Source: Octopus vulgaris (Eukaryota). Taken from it: a DNA stretch of 64,000 nt. Shown in pieces: positions 53,985 to 64,000 of the stretch. The number at the start of each line of letters is the position of its first letter. Within the stretch, counting starts at the first letter, position 1. A program made the translations under genes and the position numbers. The notes below the pieces were generated by a model that did not search any database, had not been told where the DNA came from, and saw only the letters and a program-made list of their open reading frames with translations. Location of the stretch: assembly GCA_951406725.2 (NCBI GenBank), contig OX597820.1:86056001-86120000 (forward strand), written 5' to 3'.

Positions 53985-56900
53985 TATTATTATTATTACT
54001 TTTTTTTTTCTTCTTTCAAATTTTCTTCCATTTCTTGCCGAGTGTCTTCCCGACTCCTAGGGCAAAGAAACTCATAGTATATATTGGTAGGCCATTAAAC
54101 CAAACTCAGTAGTTAGTTCATTTTTTTTTTTTTTTTAAAGTTAAATTAAAATACATGAGCAGCAACAGTTCTCACATCGACAATGCTCTTCTCAATACGT
54201 GTGATGTACCAGTTAAGACAATCTTTTGCACTTCTTGCAGGGATGGTAAGCCAGGGATCATTCTCATATAATTTTCGGTTCCCTTCTTGATCATTCCTAG
54301 TGCTCCTACGATCACTGGTATTGTAACCGCCTTGAGATGCCACATTTTCTCAATTTCAATGAGTAGGTCTTTATATTTTCTGAGCTTGTCAAACTCTTTC
54401 GCTGAGATGCTCATGTCAATCAATAAGCAAACTTTATTGTTTTGGTCTTTCACAACAATATCTGGTTTATTGGCCTTGATGGTTCGGTCTGTATGTACTG
54501 GAAAGTCCCACAGAATGGTTACATTTTCTCCTTCAGTTACAGCCTCAGGGTGGTGATTATACCACTTGTCGGCAGTTTTGATATTGTAATGCCGACTTAT
54601 TAGCCAGTGGAGATATTGGCCAACTCTGTCATGTCTTAATTTATACTCCACTGGTGCTAAGACTTTACATCCAGAGATTAGGTGGTCCACTGTTTCAATC
54701 ATGTCGTTGCAGAATCGGCATTTTGGGTCTGCTCCATTTTTCATCACATTGGCCTGGTAGTTCCGGGTTAATAGGCTTTGGTCTTGAGCAGCCAGGATGA
54801 AACCTTCGCTCTCTGCTTTTAGCCCTGAGCTCCGCAGCCACTGATGGGTTTGCTTCTGGTCAACATCAGCTTGTTTGCTGCGGGTCACATATTTGCCGTG
54901 CAGAGGTTTCTCCTCCCACCTATCAGCCAATTGCTCGTGCGCTTTTTTCATTGCCATCATTTTCACCTTCTTTGCAACAATAGTTGCCGTACTTCCCTCG
55001 GGTTGTTCAGTTTGGGTATCCTGCACGAGATCAATAGCAAATTCTTTGCTTTCCTTGATGATAGAATGAAGCTTCTTTCGTCTCTCGTGATTTTCCACGA
55101 GCTTTAGCATCCAGTCATTCGATATTTCGAGATATTTGGCCAGTCCAATTGTGGTTGTTTTGTAAGCTAGTTCAAATTGGATCAGGCCTCGACCTCCTTG
55201 GGCTCTGGGAAGGTAAAGGCGATCTACGTCTGCCTTTGGGTGGTGCATCCTATTACAACTCACCAGCTTGCGTATTTTTCTATCTATATTCTTTACTTCA
55301 CTCATATTCCAGTTCAACACATTGTAGCTATAAGTAACAACTGGAACTGCTAAGGAATTTATAGCTAACACCTTGTTACGTGCATTTAGTTCAGATTTCA
55401 GGACTGCACGTACTCTCCTATAACATTCCTTCCTGATTTTCTCTTTCATGCTTGCATGCTGAATACCAGAGCCTTCATTTATCCCTAAATATTTGTACGT
55501 CTGTTCTTGCTCAAGCTCTTTTATGACTGTGTCAACATCTAACACGACTGAATTTGTGGTCTTCACTTTCCCTTTCTGGAAAGTGGCCTTGGCACACTTC
55601 TCAAGTCCAAACTCCATCCTGATGTCATCGCTGAATGCTTTCACGGTGCGCAATAGGCCTTCAAGTTCATTATTGTCTTTACCATAAAGTTTTAAGTCAT
55701 CCATATAAAATAGATGGCTTATTTTTTTATTGGCAATTTTATACCCATACCCTGTTCTGTTTAATTCACTTGTAAGGGGTATTAGGGCTATGCAGAATAT
55801 TAAAGGTGAAAGTGAGTCACCTTGAAAAATTCCACAGTTGATGTTTATATTTTCTGAGGCAAGTACTCCATTAGAGTGGTATAATTGGAGATTCGTATTC
55901 CACAACGACATATTGTGCTTCAGGAAGTTTGAAATCACAGGGGGAATTTTAAAGATGTCCAGCGATCCCAAGATCCATGGATGCGGTATACTGTCGAAGG
56001 CCTTTTTATAGTCAATCAATGCGGTGCTGAGATTTCTGCGCTTGTTGTGACAGTTCTCAAGGATCATACGATTGATTAGCAGTTGATCTTTGCATCCGTA
56101 AGAGCCTCGGCGGCACCCTTTTTGTTCAATGGGGAAAATATCGTTCTTCTCCATGAATGCATATGTTTTCTCCGCCAGGATAGATGTTAGGATTTTATAC
56201 GTGGTGGATAGACAGGTTATAGGCCGATAGTTTTTTGGAAGGTTGGTTTCGTTATTCTTTGGGAGTAGGTAAGTAATGCCACTTGCTAACCATTCAGGTG
56301 TTTTCTTTGGGTCTCTCAAAATTCCATTGAGCAGCTGAACTAGCTTACCGTGTGCGCACGGGAGCGATGCGAGCCAGAAATTCGGCACCCTATCTTTACC
56401 GGGGGATTTCCAATTATGGGCCTTCGTGAGTGCCTTTCTTAGGTCTGCTATTGTGATGTCTTCCCATGCTTGTTGTTGTAAATTTTGGTAGGATCCTTCA
56501 GTTTGTATAATCCAGTCTACATTTATGTTGTACGTCTTCTTGTCACTCCAAATCCTTTCCCAAAAGTTTTGAACTTCTTCCATGGGAGGGGGGTCTTTAA
56601 CGGTTACTTTCTCCTTCCCTATTTCTCTGTAGAATTTTTTGGCATTGGATGTGAACAGCTTATTTTGCTTGTAAAACTTGTTTCTCTTCTCAAATCTTCG
56701 TATTCTTTGGGCTTTTGCTTGGACTTTTTGTTTCAGCGTTTCTTTTATTGATATCAGTTCTTCTCTTGGTGAGGATCCAAATTTTCTCTTCATCTTTCTT
56801 CCTGTTCTGGATCTTACATCATTTCCACATATTAGTTCATTTAATATTGATATTTCCCCTCTCATAAATTCAATCTCTTTTTCAATTTTACTTCTCCAGG

Positions 56901-57900
56901 TTTGATTTCTTCCCAGGTTTTGTTTTCTTTGTTTTTTCGGGGGCATACAGCTGGTTTCAATTGCCCTAGCAGAAGCGTAAATAATTTCATTTAACTCAGT
57001 AAAATCAGGTTTTAATTCTCGTATTATTTCATTTGTTACATAGTTGCCAATTTGGATTTGTTTTTTATTTTGGTTTGTATTTGAGAGTTTATGAAGCGGT
57101 TCTCTATCATTCATACTTGTATGTCTTACAACTTCAAGCATATTCAGGATTTTCTGCCTCATTTCTGCCATAGACTCTCTGTGTTCTTCAGCAAATGCGA
57201 GATCTTCAGTTACTGTTGTTTTTTCGTTTTCCTGGCTATCTTTAACAGGTACAATAGAATTTCTTGTATCTTCAGGCCTTTGCGTACTTTGGTCAGATGG
57301 CAGTCTTTCAATTAAGCCTCGTGGCGGGCTATACTGTTCATCTGATTCTTCATTTCCTTTGTGTCTTATATTTATGTCATTTTCCGTTGCGTGCTTGATC
57401 GCACTTATTTCACTGTCTGTGAGTCTGTTATTTCTAAAGATATCCCTCCTCACATTTGCTAATTTGTTCTCGTCCAAATAGGGCCTACTGTCTTGATTCC
57501 GTGTTCTCCATATACTGTAAGAGTTTGCGGTGTGTCTCTCTTGAGATGGCCTACCTAATGCATAGTAATAAGCGTATATTACTTCTTTATACTCTTCTCG
57601 GGTCCATTTGTTCCGCTTACATTTTTCTTTCTGTGGTGGTTGTGGTGGTGAACTTGGAGGGCTCGAGTTGGGGGATTTCCCGTTCAAGTGACCATCCATG
57701 TCCGTATTCGGAGAAGAGTTTGTGCCAGTTGATGACTTTTCGATCCCAGGCTGGCTCTTCCCTGGAGGACGCGCTTCCAGATTAACCATAGGACAAGCGA
57801 TTTGGTATACTGATTTAGTTTTCCTTTTAGTTTCCAAAAACATTTTGGTGCTACGATAATGTTATCATTTTTTAGCTTTGATTGGCTCGTGGGGAGACGG
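53985..57900 (-). mobile_element. Near-full-length R4/Dong-type (RLE) non-LTR retrotransposon
   Basis: Single long ORF with RT and C-terminal RLE; ~185-nt 3' UTR ending in A-rich/(TAA)n, shared with the copy at 59140-60022. The 5' boundary is uncertain and merges into a degenerate (ATC/ATT)n tract. Confidence 0.92.
54172..57843 (-). CDS. Retrotransposon polyprotein: reverse transcriptase + CCHC zinc knuckle + restriction-like endonuclease (R4/Dong-like), 1223 aa
   Basis: KSPGKD, NYRPITCL, IDYKKAFDSIPH, GIFQGDSLSP, HLFYMDDLKLY, YKYLGI; CRFC...ETVDHLISGC, RHD, KPDIV...ID, K..KY. No APE domain and no R2-type N-terminal zinc fingers. Confidence 0.95.
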   Translation of the reverse strand: MFLETKRKTKSVYQIACPMVNLEARPPGKSQPGIEKSSTGTNSSPNTDMDGHLNGKSPNSSPPSSPPQPPQKEKCKRNKWTREEYKEVIYAYYYALGRPSQERHTANSYSIWRTRNQDSRPYLDENKLANVRRDIFRNNRLTDSEISAIKHATENDINIRHKGNEESDEQYSPPRGLIERLPSDQSTQRPEDTRNSIVPVKDSQENEKTTVTEDLAFAEEHRESMAEMRQKILNMLEVVRHTSMNDREPLHKLSNTNQNKKQIQIGNYVTNEIIRELKPDFTELNEIIYASARAIETSCMPPKKQRKQNLGRNQTWRSKIEKEIEFMRGEISILNELICGNDVRSRTGRKMKRKFGSSPREELISIKETLKQKVQAKAQRIRRFEKRNKFYKQNKLFTSNAKKFYREIGKEKVTVKDPPPMEEVQNFWERIWSDKKTYNINVDWIIQTEGSYQNLQQQAWEDITIADLRKALTKAHNWKSPGKDRVPNFWLASLPCAHGKLVQLLNGILRDPKKTPEWLASGITYLLPKNNETNLPKNYRPITCLSTTYKILTSILAEKTYAFMEKNDIFPIEQKGCRRGSYGCKDQLLINRMILENCHNKRRNLSTALIDYKKAFDSIPHPWILGSLDIFKIPPVISNFLKHNMSLWNTNLQLYHSNGVLASENININCGIFQGDSLSPLIFCIALIPLTSELNRTGYGYKIANKKISHLFYMDDLKLYGKDNNELEGLLRTVKAFSDDIRMEFGLEKCAKATFQKGKVKTTNSVVLDVDTVIKELEQEQTYKYLGINEGSGIQHASMKEKIRKECYRRVRAVLKSELNARNKVLAINSLAVPVVTYSYNVLNWNMSEVKNIDRKIRKLVSCNRMHHPKADVDRLYLPRAQGGRGLIQFELAYKTTTIGLAKYLEISNDWMLKLVENHERRKKLHSIIKESKEFAIDLVQDTQTEQPEGSTATIVAKKVKMMAMKKAHEQLADRWEEKPLHGKYVTRSKQADVDQKQTHQWLRSSGLKAESEGFILAAQDQSLLTRNYQANVMKNGADPKCRFCNDMIETVDHLISGCKVLAPVEYKLRHDRVGQYLHWLISRHYNIKTADKWYNHHPEAVTEGENVTILWDFPVHTDRTIKANKPDIVVKDQNNKVCLLIDMSISAKEFDKLRKYKDLLIEIEKMWHLKAVTIPVIVGALGMIKKGTENYMRMIPGLPSLQEVQKIVLTGTSHVLRRALSM

Positions 57901-58643
57901 CCATCATTGCCGTTACAATTATAATCGTACCATTATAGCAGCCGTAGTCGGCTTATTATTGTTATTATCTTCACCATTACCATCACTATCATCATTATCA
58001 CCACCATTACCATCATCATCATCATCATCACCATCACCATCACCACCATCATCATCAATGATATTGTTTTATGTGTAGTCACAGCAGTATCTTATTATTG
58101 TTATTTTTGTTTTTTTATCATTATCACCATCACAGTAGTGTCTGTCTGTCTCGTTGGCTGGCTTGGTGGTTGGCTGGCTGACTGTCTTCAATGCCAGAGT
58201 TCTTGCCTGTCAAATAATACTTTCATATTTGGTTAACAATAGAGCCAAGGTGAGGTTTGTGTGTGTGTGTGTAGATAGATAGATAGAATATCAGCACTAT
58301 TACTATCTTTTTTTTTTTTTTTTTGGGTGGGGTCAAAAAAAGTTCAGATGTTTACTACTATTAGCCTTAAGAAAAATTAAGGAAGGGGTGTCCTGTATTG
58401 TTTGTGAATAGAGAAGTTGTGTTCGACCAGAGATAATCTTAGCATCATCATTTTTTTCCATGTGCGTTTGTGTTATTGCAATAAAAAGTGTTTGTATATT
58501 TCGTGTAAGGTAATATTGTGGAGGTTGAAGTTGACTTTTCTAGAGATGTTTGTATGTCCAGTTAGAAGAACAGGTGTGTTTTTGCAATAAAAAGTATATG
58601 TTTACATTTATATTTGAATATTCAGGGAGGAAGCAAAGAAAAG

Positions 58644-58693
<50 letters not shown>

Positions 58694-58715
58694 GTTATTA
58701 TTATTATTATTGAAT

Positions 58716-58915
58716 CGGTGAAGTTGCAGAATCGTTAGCACGCTTAGCGGCGTTTGATCTGTCTTTACGTTCTGAGTTCAACTTTTGGCGAGGTCGACTT
58801 TGCCTTTCATCATCTTGGGTTCAATGGAATAAGTACCATTCAAACACTGGAGGTCAATGTAGTCGACTTCACCCATGCTCTGAAATTGTTGGCTTTGTGC
58901 ACACATTTGAAGCTA
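58716..58915 (+). mobile_element. SINE family B copy between (TTA)n tracts
   Basis: gcagaatcgttagcacgc...gagttcaacttttggcgaggtcgactttgcctttcatc. Confidence 0.8.
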
Positions 58916-58937
58916 TTATTATCATTATTATTATTAT

Positions 58938-59000
<63 letters not shown>

Positions 59001-59135
59001 CAGCAGCAGTAGTAGTTGTAGTAGTAGTAGCAGCAGCAGCAGTAGCAGTAGCAGTAGTAGTAGTAGCAGCAGCAGCAGTAGCAGTAGTAGTAGTATCAGC
59101 AGTAGCAGTAGCAGTAGGAGGACGAGGAGGAGGAG
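58915..59135. repeat. Compound (TTA)/(TAG)/(CAG)/(GAG) microsatellite
   Basis: Directly visible; source of the poly-S/V/L ORFs. Confidence 0.95.
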
Positions 59136-59139
59136 TATT

Positions 59140-60022
59140 TTTCTACTTTCAATATTGATTCCATTTTTTGCTGGGTTATTTCCCGACACCTAGAGCAAAA
59201 TGTCTCATTGTATATTTTTATTGGTAGGCCATTTAAATTAAACACACTAAATTCGTTTACAAAGTCAAGTTATGTGATAGAAAACGGGGAAGAAAAAAGG
59301 AAGATGGAAAAAAAGGAAAAAGTGAAACAGAAAAATGGAAAAGAAGAAAAACGAAAACAAATAAAATAAAGGGAAAAAGCAAAAAAAATTAACAGCGACA
59401 TTGTTCTTCTCAGTGTTTGTGAAGTACCACTTAGAATAATCTTTTTCACTTCTTGCATGTTTCATTCTCAAATCATTTTCAATTCCTTTTTTGATCATTC
59501 GATGTGTTCCTACACTGGTACTTTAACCGTCTTGAGATACCACATTTTTTCGATTTCAATCAGCAAACCATTTTTTTTTCTGAGCATATCAAATTCATTG
59601 GCCGAGATATTATGATCACAAGGTATGATCGTGTCAATCAATAAAAATATTTTATTGTTTTGGTCTTTCACAATAATATCTGGTTTATTAGCTTTGATTG
59701 TACCAGAAAGTCCCAAAGAATCATAATAATTTTCTCCTTCAGTTACAGCCTCAAGGTAGAGGTTATACCATTTGTCAGCAGATTTGATTTTAAAATGCCG
59801 ACATATCAACCAGTGTAGATATTGGCCAACTCTGTCATGTCTCATCCAGAGACTAAATGGTCCACTGTTTCAATCTCATGGTTACAGTATCGGGAATTTG
59901 GGTCTACTCCATTTTTCATTACATTGCCTTGGCAGTTCCGAGTCAATAAGCCCTGATCTTGAACAAGTAAAATGAAACCTTTGCACTCTGTCTTTAGCCC
60001 TGAGTTCTGTAGCCACTGATGG
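59140..60022 (-). mobile_element. 5'-truncated older copy of the same R4/Dong family
   Basis: ORF 59510-59845 RHDRVGQYLHWLI...NKPDIIVKDQNNK..LLID..IPCDHNISANEFD is closely similar to the long ORF; homologous 3' UTR; homology stops at ~60022. Confidence 0.92.
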
Positions 60023-60148
60023 GTACGCCTTTTCAGTTTTTATCGTTTTTATCTTTTCATTATTATATGTAGACCCCTACAATTTATGTCTTTCTCTGCA
60101 TTCATCCTTCATCCTTCACCCTTGTGGCAAATAAATAAATCATCATCA

Positions 60149-60203
<55 letters not shown>

Positions 60204-60236
60204 CATTATTATTATTATTATCATTATTATTGATCA

Positions 60237-60410
60237 GGCGGCTAGCTGACAGAATGGATTCTCCTGCTCTTTGCCTTGTGAGCTCAAATCCCGCCGCGGT
60301 TGAATATGCCTTTCATCATTTAGGTGATGACATGAACCAGGTTAACACTGAGGTTGATATAGTCGACTAATTCCTCTCCTCCATATTTCAATCTTGTGCC
60401 TATATTCGAA
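60237..60410 (+). mobile_element. SINE family B copy (degraded)
   Basis: gagctcaaatcccgccgcggttgaatatgcctttcatcatttagg, following a (TTA)n tract. Confidence 0.65.
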
Positions 60411-62379
60411 AAAACCACACCCAGAAATATCTTCAACACTTGAGACACCACCAACATTTCAAAGGCCACATCAAACAAAATCATATACCAATCCAGAAAA
60501 GAAAGTGAAGAGCTGCCCCAAAGCATCATCAATTATACGGCCATAGACAAAAACAAGCACTTAATAAAACACATTTGTTATTACACAGGCATTAATGAAA
60601 ATTAATGAAAATCTTGAAGGTGATTGTCTAAAACCGTTGGTGGATCTCTCTAAAGAGATCCATTAGAATAGAATGGATAAGATGTAGTAATACAAACAGT
60701 TGACTGAAGGTGAAACGTATGAGAAGTGATAACGAAAATGTTTGTGACTTATTTTTGGTGAAAATGATATTTGACTATTTCTTTGAAACAAAACAAATAT
60801 CGTGTCGTACATCGCTGGAGCAAAAATCTAGTTACTATGTTTGAGGGTTGGTTGGAGTATGATATCCAGCGGATAATTAGAACGAAAAGTTATGATTTCT
60901 GTTACTAATCTCCCATAGAATTTAGTTCATAGACATCTATTCTTGAAGGTTTAGACAAAGGTGACAAATTTATACTTTGTTAATTAAAGCCTTGCTTTGA
61001 TTACTTATTTCTGTTTGTTTCTAATTAGATTGAAGAGTTTCATTCGTCTTGTCTAACAGATAACAGTAAGGAATCTGACATCTGGAAGATGAAAAGCTCG
61101 GAGTGCAAACAAATAGTAATAAAACGACAAACAGTAAATGGAAACTGAAATGGGCATAAAAGATCTAAAGAAAATATTTTAAATAAAGGTGTTCAAGATA
61201 TTTGTGACTGGAATCTCTCCTCAGGCAGTGATGGATACACGGGTTTCAGATCACATTCAGTTCCTATCATCCCTATTAAATGTCCTGACAAAATGACAAG
61301 ACGTATTGCTGATAGAGATAAAACAGGAAATATGGTCAGAACTGTATGTATTACTCTTTCCAAAATCTGTATTCCACATACTTTTTGGACGTATACTAAA
61401 TTTAAAACATGAAACAGCGATAGGAGGAACTAAACACAAAAGCAGTAATAGTGCAAACTGCTCCAATACTTCCGAATATATTGATATAAAATATTATGAA
61501 ATATTTTAAAGACAAAAACGTACAAAAAAGAAGAGTGTCCCTAAGTAATGACAGTTAGGTGAACAGTTGCCGTTAGAAACACAAATATTTCGGTAAATAC
61601 TTAGAGAAACGAAAAGATATTTGGGTGGTGGTGGTGGTGGTGGTATGGTGGTGGTGGTAGTGGTGATGGTGCTGATGCTGCAGCTGCTACTGCTGCTAAT
61701 GGTGATGAAGACGACGCTGATGAAGATTATGATGATGATGAGTATTAGAATAATCCTGCTGATTGGAAACAAATACCATCACCAATTCAACGATGAAGAC
61801 GACGACGATGATGATTATGATGATGATGATGGCGAAGCAGTAAAAACAGTTAGTCGTTACCTGTGGTCAAAAGTGAGGTGATAAATCACAATACTGCAGT
61901 AATATTCATATACATTCATTTACGTTATATTGAATTCATTCGCCATGAGTATAGTTCAGGATATATCAATTTTAATTGATATTACTCTACTTAGAAAGAC
62001 GTCCACCATTAAGAAACAGGTGAATATCTCCCTGCTTTCTCACATAACAGTCACCTTGCAATATATCCATGATAGTAAATGCTGGACCGGTAGTTTACGA
62101 TTAATACCAAACTAGCAAAACTTTTCAATATTTGGAAATGCTCAAAGTGCTATATCCTTCCTACATAAAAGTATACAAACACATATATTTCTATCTAGCT
62201 ATCCATGAATGCATCTATCTATCTATCTAACTACCTACCTACCTACCTACCTACCTACCTACCTACCTACCTATCTGTTTATCTGTTTATACATCTGTTG
62301 GCTATCAATCTATCTATCTGCCTGTCTCTCTATCCATCTATCTATCTAGATAGAGATTCAGACACAGAACAGTAATAAT

Positions 62380-62905
62380 AACAAGAAAAGCGGGTGGCCA
62401 TGGACATGTACAACTGGAATTAAAAATGAAGATTGCCACAACTGGCCAAAACACCTAAAATCTTTGATGACTGGATGTTAAAATTGTCTTAAAACATGAA
62501 AACAAGAAAACATCATACTAAGTAACAAAACAGGCAAAGAAATATCTTAGTGAATTCCAAGTACAACAAATCCCAGAATTAGACGTACTGGAAACAAGCA
62601 CAGTAAAAACTAAGCGTATGAAAACCTGTGCTAAAACTGCTGCCTGAGTTATTGTTACTGATAAATGGTAAGAAAAACCTCTGAATGGCAAAAACCGAAA
62701 GAGAGCTAATAATGCCGATGTTGACAAAACCCTTACTCATCAATTGTTAGTGTCTTCTGGTTTAAAATCAGAGACAGAAGGATTTATCATAGCAACCCAA
62801 GATCAATGCCTACACACAAGGAGCTACCAGGCCAACATATTAAAAACGGCAGTAGCCCAACATATCGCGTATGTCAACAACAAAAGGAAACCTTCAATCA
62901 TGTTA
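62380..62905 (+). mobile_element. R4/Dong fragment (post-RT region)
   Basis: DWMLKL, *EKPLNGK, ADVDKTLTHQLLVSSGLKSETEGFIIATQDQCLHTRSYQANILK match the long ORF. Confidence 0.85.
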
Positions 62906-63119
62906 AACGAAACACCTGTGTTTCTAGGGATGAATTATCCAAAGAATTCCTCTCAGAAACATGGCTATGATGCTACCCCACTACTTCTGCTCGTGATTAG
63001 AGATGCATATATCGTCAGCTACGAAGGGACATTCTCAACTGGTTAAAGTCAAACAACTGACAAGCAAATCTGTGGTATTGAGCAGAATATTTGCTGCAGT
63101 TCATCTTTTATAAATATAC

Positions 63120-63177
<58 letters not shown>

Positions 63178-64000
63178 CATTATTATTATTATCATTATTG
63201 TTATAATCATTGTGGTTGTTGTTATTTTCTTTGTCATTATTATAAATCCCATATATTCACAAAACGCCTTGCGAAATACTGCTACCAAGTTTGCCTGGTC
63301 GAAACAGTAAATCATTTTGCCATTTATCAAACTGGTAACAACAACAAGAGTCTTTAGTCACTGAGTTGGAGGTTACTAACATTTGAATGAGCACGTACAT
63401 TTAGAAAAAAAAGGAAGAGAAATAAAGGGTGATAATTATCTGCACAGCAAATATAATCAGTGTTTTATAAATATCAAAAGTTACATAAACCAACAGTGGA
63501 GTTGCTTTATGATGTAACAGTTGCTTTATCTTTTATTCCTGGTTAGATGAATTTTGCAATAAACGGACATGGTGGACGATCTCTCTTCTAGTATATATGC
63601 TATCCCTAGGCTTAATTTTGTTTGGTGTGGAGGATTCGGTTTTTTTAACATGCATAGCAAATATCATTTTGACCCGTGAATATAAGATTTGGCTTTTGAT
63701 AGGATATTCCATATATTTGTAATTGATGCTACTCGTCCTTAAGTATTGAAGATTGATGTCGATGGCATTGCTGCATGTCTCGTCTCTGAATGTGTAATGG
63801 TTAAAATATGATTGCGGCGATTGCGGATTCTGAATTGAATTCTTTTTTTCCATGGACCCTTTGGTCTTTGTCTGGCTTTTTGTGCGTTTTTTCTTTATTA
63901 AATTAATATCTTTAGTTCCTTAACTGATGGAGTACAAATAATATATTTTGAACTTCAGACCACGTACGCAAGCACGCACGCACACACACATACACACACA

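Noticed and set aside
57844-57960. HDV-like ribozyme at the 5' end of the R4 element
   Set aside because: cgt-ctcccc-acg resembles P3/L3, but no convincing P1, P1.1 or P4 could be built.
62950-63035. HDV- or hammerhead-like fold in a repeat next to (TTA)n
   Set aside because: Only partial pairing; core elements are missing.

Overview
This is eukaryotic, very AT-rich, microsatellite-saturated DNA with no recognisable host protein-coding exon, so probably intergenic or a large intron. The repeat content (three tRNA-derived SINE families, R4/Dong, Tx1, RTE and CR1-group LINEs, abundant (TA)n/(TAA)n/(GATA)n/(TACA)n) suggests a coleoid cephalopod such as Octopus; this is an inference. The only long ORF (54172-57843, minus, 1223 aa) is a nearly intact R4/Dong-type RT + restriction-like-endonuclease retrotransposon with an 18-bp in-frame deletion in its endonuclease. 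About ten degraded relics of the same clade lie elsewhere, mostly in the first 9.5 kb. The most notable structure is a ~236-bp insert in a (TA)n tract (34191-34426). It contains an 82-bp-arm palindrome carrying a minimal type-I hammerhead ribozyme motif on each strand, next to a second hammerhead-like motif. Two more fold-back palindromes also abut (TA)n tracts (31090-31159, 47914-48034), suggesting a recurrent Penelope-like, (TA)n-associated fold-back insertion process. Almost all other ORFs in the supplied track are microsatellite artefacts or TE fragments. Relic boundaries are approximate and come from manual translation and alignment.
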